DNA from: Candidatus Aenigmatarchaeota archaeon
GTDB taxonomy: Archaea > Aenigmatarchaeota > Aenigmatarchaeia > QMZP01
DNA length: 47,811 nt
Assembly: GCA_030670085.1 (NCBI GenBank)
Contig: DAOVCJ010000004.1
Coordinates: 1-47,811, forward strand
Reading direction: 5' to 3'
The notes under the pieces are model-generated. The model saw nothing but the letters and a program-made list of their open reading frames with translations, was not told the DNA's origin and did not search any database. Positions 47,001 to 47,811 of the stretch are shown here, piece by piece (the stretch's first letter is position 1; the number at the start of each line of letters is the position of its first letter). The translations under genes and the position numbers were made by a program.

Positions 47001-47811
47001 TACCGAGGGGAACCTTGTTTACACAGACAGCTTCCCTCAATATTATGGAGAGGATGATACTTTTGAATTGCAAAAAGCAGACATAAACGTCACATACATC
47101 TCAGGTAACAACTCACAAGCAACCCCAACATCTCCAGCAATCTTTGAGGTAAGGGTTTACGATCTAGACAACATAACAGAGAGCTTCTCAACAGGAGAAT
47201 ACCCGTTAGTCAAGTTCGACGTAGAGAATGCATCTGGTGATATGCAGTTCGTTAACCAGTCTTATACAAATGATACAGGATTTGCGAACGTGTCTTTCTA
47301 TGTAAGCCCAGACTTCTCTGGAGGAAACAAGACCTGGTACGCCTATGTCCCAGCATCAGACACCTGCTACCAGTACAACATAACCGAGAACCTAACAGTT
47401 GATATACAGGTCAACTGGCCACCTCTTTACAAGAACATGCTAGCAAGAGACAAACCATCCAGCGTATCAGCAGGATGGGGTGAAAACTGGAATTTCTCAG
47501 TCCAGGCCAAAGACTCCACAGGCGAATTTGATGATCTGAACATAACCCTGCAGATAGACACTGGCTCAGGGTGGACTGACATAGAAACCCAGGAATGCCA
47601 ATCATGCTCATCTTGGACATACATGAACTTCACCCACAACTTCACTTGCAATGACATAAACTCCTCTGCTTACTACAGGTTCAACCTAACAGACAACAGC
47701 TCCAACTCGAATCTAACCACATCCAAACCAATAGACATAGAGGAGGATGACGTAACCTTTAAAATCGTCTGGGGAGGATATGGAAACATTTCGAATCGGT
47801 CAGGTGCACAA
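41077..47811 (+). CDS. Giant multidomain surface protein, 3'-truncated by the window edge (at least 2,245 codons; not in ORF track)
   Basis: Frame 1 read codon by codon from GTG 41077 (or ATG 41104) to 47811 with no stop. LGQSEILVAALFIVLV N-terminus; Ig-like, beta-helix-like and jelly-roll modules; dense NxS/T sequons. Confidence 0.92.
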   Translation, partial: MSRKFGLKRMKSTLGQSEILVAALFIVLVSGAVIAQNATNITNLTGNLVLDSEAFENITNDTLQKTIEITKTIEIYANSQMNIFVNNTNPYQNETIFIQASLNLDNDSALRNQDIEFFLDDVLIGSSPTNPFGFANLEYDLSGETLGEKTIKAEFQGHDYINPSSAEKKIHIKHLNKTEPEIEIKEIEFPAKVNQSESFEVKVTITSLYATSENVTITLSLPHGLEGDNLVKFIPRIDSDESVVLSWKVQASSCGNFSLFLIVDTGEGSKYLESFLIFVKCSPSVQTNHITYDPETDTITIVGNGTYCSESNPCSLEDIYRADQQNGWNRIIKIDHYYSFNPRIVFGDGTNETWVTSELEQMTIKKPWIIKNNATLKFGELIGGIPFRGGLLQTNISRSYELDNNTALLVEPGGNLILYDTTYKVFATTAENNIRIEEGARTVLEKLGIQRAYNDFKTTKIIYPPSIKVNNTFLGFNVLSECTDDRCPDIFRRLNNVSGKKQGIIILDAHRQPEEGENWTVRFVTSGTGDLVINFLNESSSELEFLELKCGESEAEYVFNGASVIAEDWGCSEEAMISTMILKKGTHLLEFEYAGDKKYAKNTDYSPPCFTWSSTTWTTAIVNITGNNGTCCDTRSTACNFVDYDDSMPSSLKLTKVDNYIYNIPRTRIGNDVNITWFETHNELIRLDFWFEVREKGHLISGAFVEGGPQQGSVWNTYNNYSTEQICDQAKMCARDDGSTDGVPGGSLYFYDSRYQVYSSTERNNIDAGSTATGIDGGGNGTQYVEIRMLTVQRAFKHYNYVIVYLPGNSSVSDYAFFNGRYGVEISGVAEKPWDVLNIHDACAGIRVCYANGKVKNYVSYNSDLDIRIGYHNLYVIDSQINESLLYGNSQCPDSYQDAWDTCGSGVSPGGTINDRWIMLQNTYNVKILDITGQPIENATVIGRDVRRDLIFNNLTYANGTIDEKVMNYRKYWNDSTTNPSTPVYLERATYTPHQIDYKKYGKVFIKSISIFDEPRSLTQQLLDNNYINMTESEAKAQTGIIYAPPLNMNYSSNESETVSSGQITLDNSPIPQSEYLALFDESLPIEDTYTYQESKLISSTNYTVNYETGVVNISSGYNGKMVRAVYYYGGNITITENKTLSNIYDYMQANLSDTFTTSTGTTYISYVDFILGNSSNEGRVVETDDRTLNIKDGYGFSAASGNGTTVNILSDTWNFTWFSDNGTFFRKYTLDVTVQDPNGDPIENATVNLTDVNGNTVFVINTSSDGTIPQQEVTYALYNYTGNEAFSPFTLRVTKDPYTPYSAPLDLDRKTSLTVTMSIPCNPDLNYEYEILSGHDVNTNRSATAGNLTMVVLVKYGEGFTQTDDQEPGETQKKAQGPSETFKEFFDGFEDGLTSNWTVIGDPGTYNRTTAETSACTMSPRTDSYFLRMDVDTDNNQETNILKTNYSFTGASNIILDFYHEETGDENTACSDHSGDDSDCDGYFFTCDGNYWYALGNLVDPSGWTNANVNISADPDFCSEVNSSFAIKITQYDNYACTNDGRYFDDINISYILSTPGDTESTTGWTTYNDTSSEEISNIKNITVIINISVYNNSGSAAAGNNDPDLQLEIYNGSTWIEIGNFSVSGTGNVSLWTNESTILTAWETAANRDLRIRGVNFDYYNASNIDEINWTDVWVNITYGGNAVEEGKSVKLYITKVGSGAGATWDSGRTLQTNASGHVNYSFFPTCDNLSTPLVDEEYEVGDHDWYTVITTTEDPNLCQDDQSDTWNFTVIGTLSNTIDLPDGSENYTAADTILVQGAVENYCEEPITLNETTEISYNLSTGGYTTNCTPIERLGANVYKCNWNPDQTTSAGYYNVTMWSNYTNYYENTTVKENIFYMTTSPSLTEANVTPRQNSWNLLHNFSVRVADNLGDIVNLTLQEQILGQTWYDVGWKTCENCSNTTEGYTTLNFSKTYPCSGYAGEWMKFRFRANDTEGNLVYTDSFPQYYGEDDTFELQKADINVTYISGNNSQATPTSPAIFEVRVYDLDNITESFSTGEYPLVKFDVENASGDMQFVNQSYTNDTGFANVSFYVSPDFSGGNKTWYAYVPASDTCYQYNITENLTVDIQVNWPPLYKNMLARDKPSSVSAGWGENWNFSVQAKDSTGEFDDLNITLQIDTGSGWTDIETQECQSCSSWTYMNFTHNFTCNDINSSAYYRFNLTDNSSNSNLTTSKPIDIEEDDVTFKIVWGGYGNISNRSGAQ

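Noticed and set aside
42342-47657. Short ORF-track entries in the right-hand 6 kb
   Set aside because: All lie within the uninterrupted giant ORF in other frames or on the opposite strand.

Overview
Gene-dense archaeal chromosome segment. A DPANN affiliation (Aenigmarchaeota-like) is inferred from gene content and protein families, not proven. Housekeeping genes: nac, glyS, pheS/pheT, alaS, secE-spt5-rpl11, rpl1-rpl10-rpl12 and two minD paralogues. Other genes: a P-type Ca2+ ATPase with a Ca2+/Na+ antiporter, isoprenoid genes (HMG-CoA synthase/thiolase/DUF35 and a polyprenyl synthase), glycosylation genes and several large Cys-rich or N-glycosylated surface proteins. Features missing from the ORF track: (1) a tRNA-Arg(CCU) on the minus strand split by two non-canonical BHB-type introns, in the D-loop and T-loop; (2) secE; (3) a giant surface-protein ORF of at least 2,245 codons running off the right end; (4) a tandem 46-nt hairpin repeat with compensatory base changes in the leader of an aglH-like / ATP-grasp / PIG-L deacetylase operon, which overlaps the ribosome-binding site and is the best candidate for an undescribed RNA regulatory system; (5) tandem palindromic sites next to the tRNA. 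No CRISPR array, rRNA gene or recognisable mobile element was seen.
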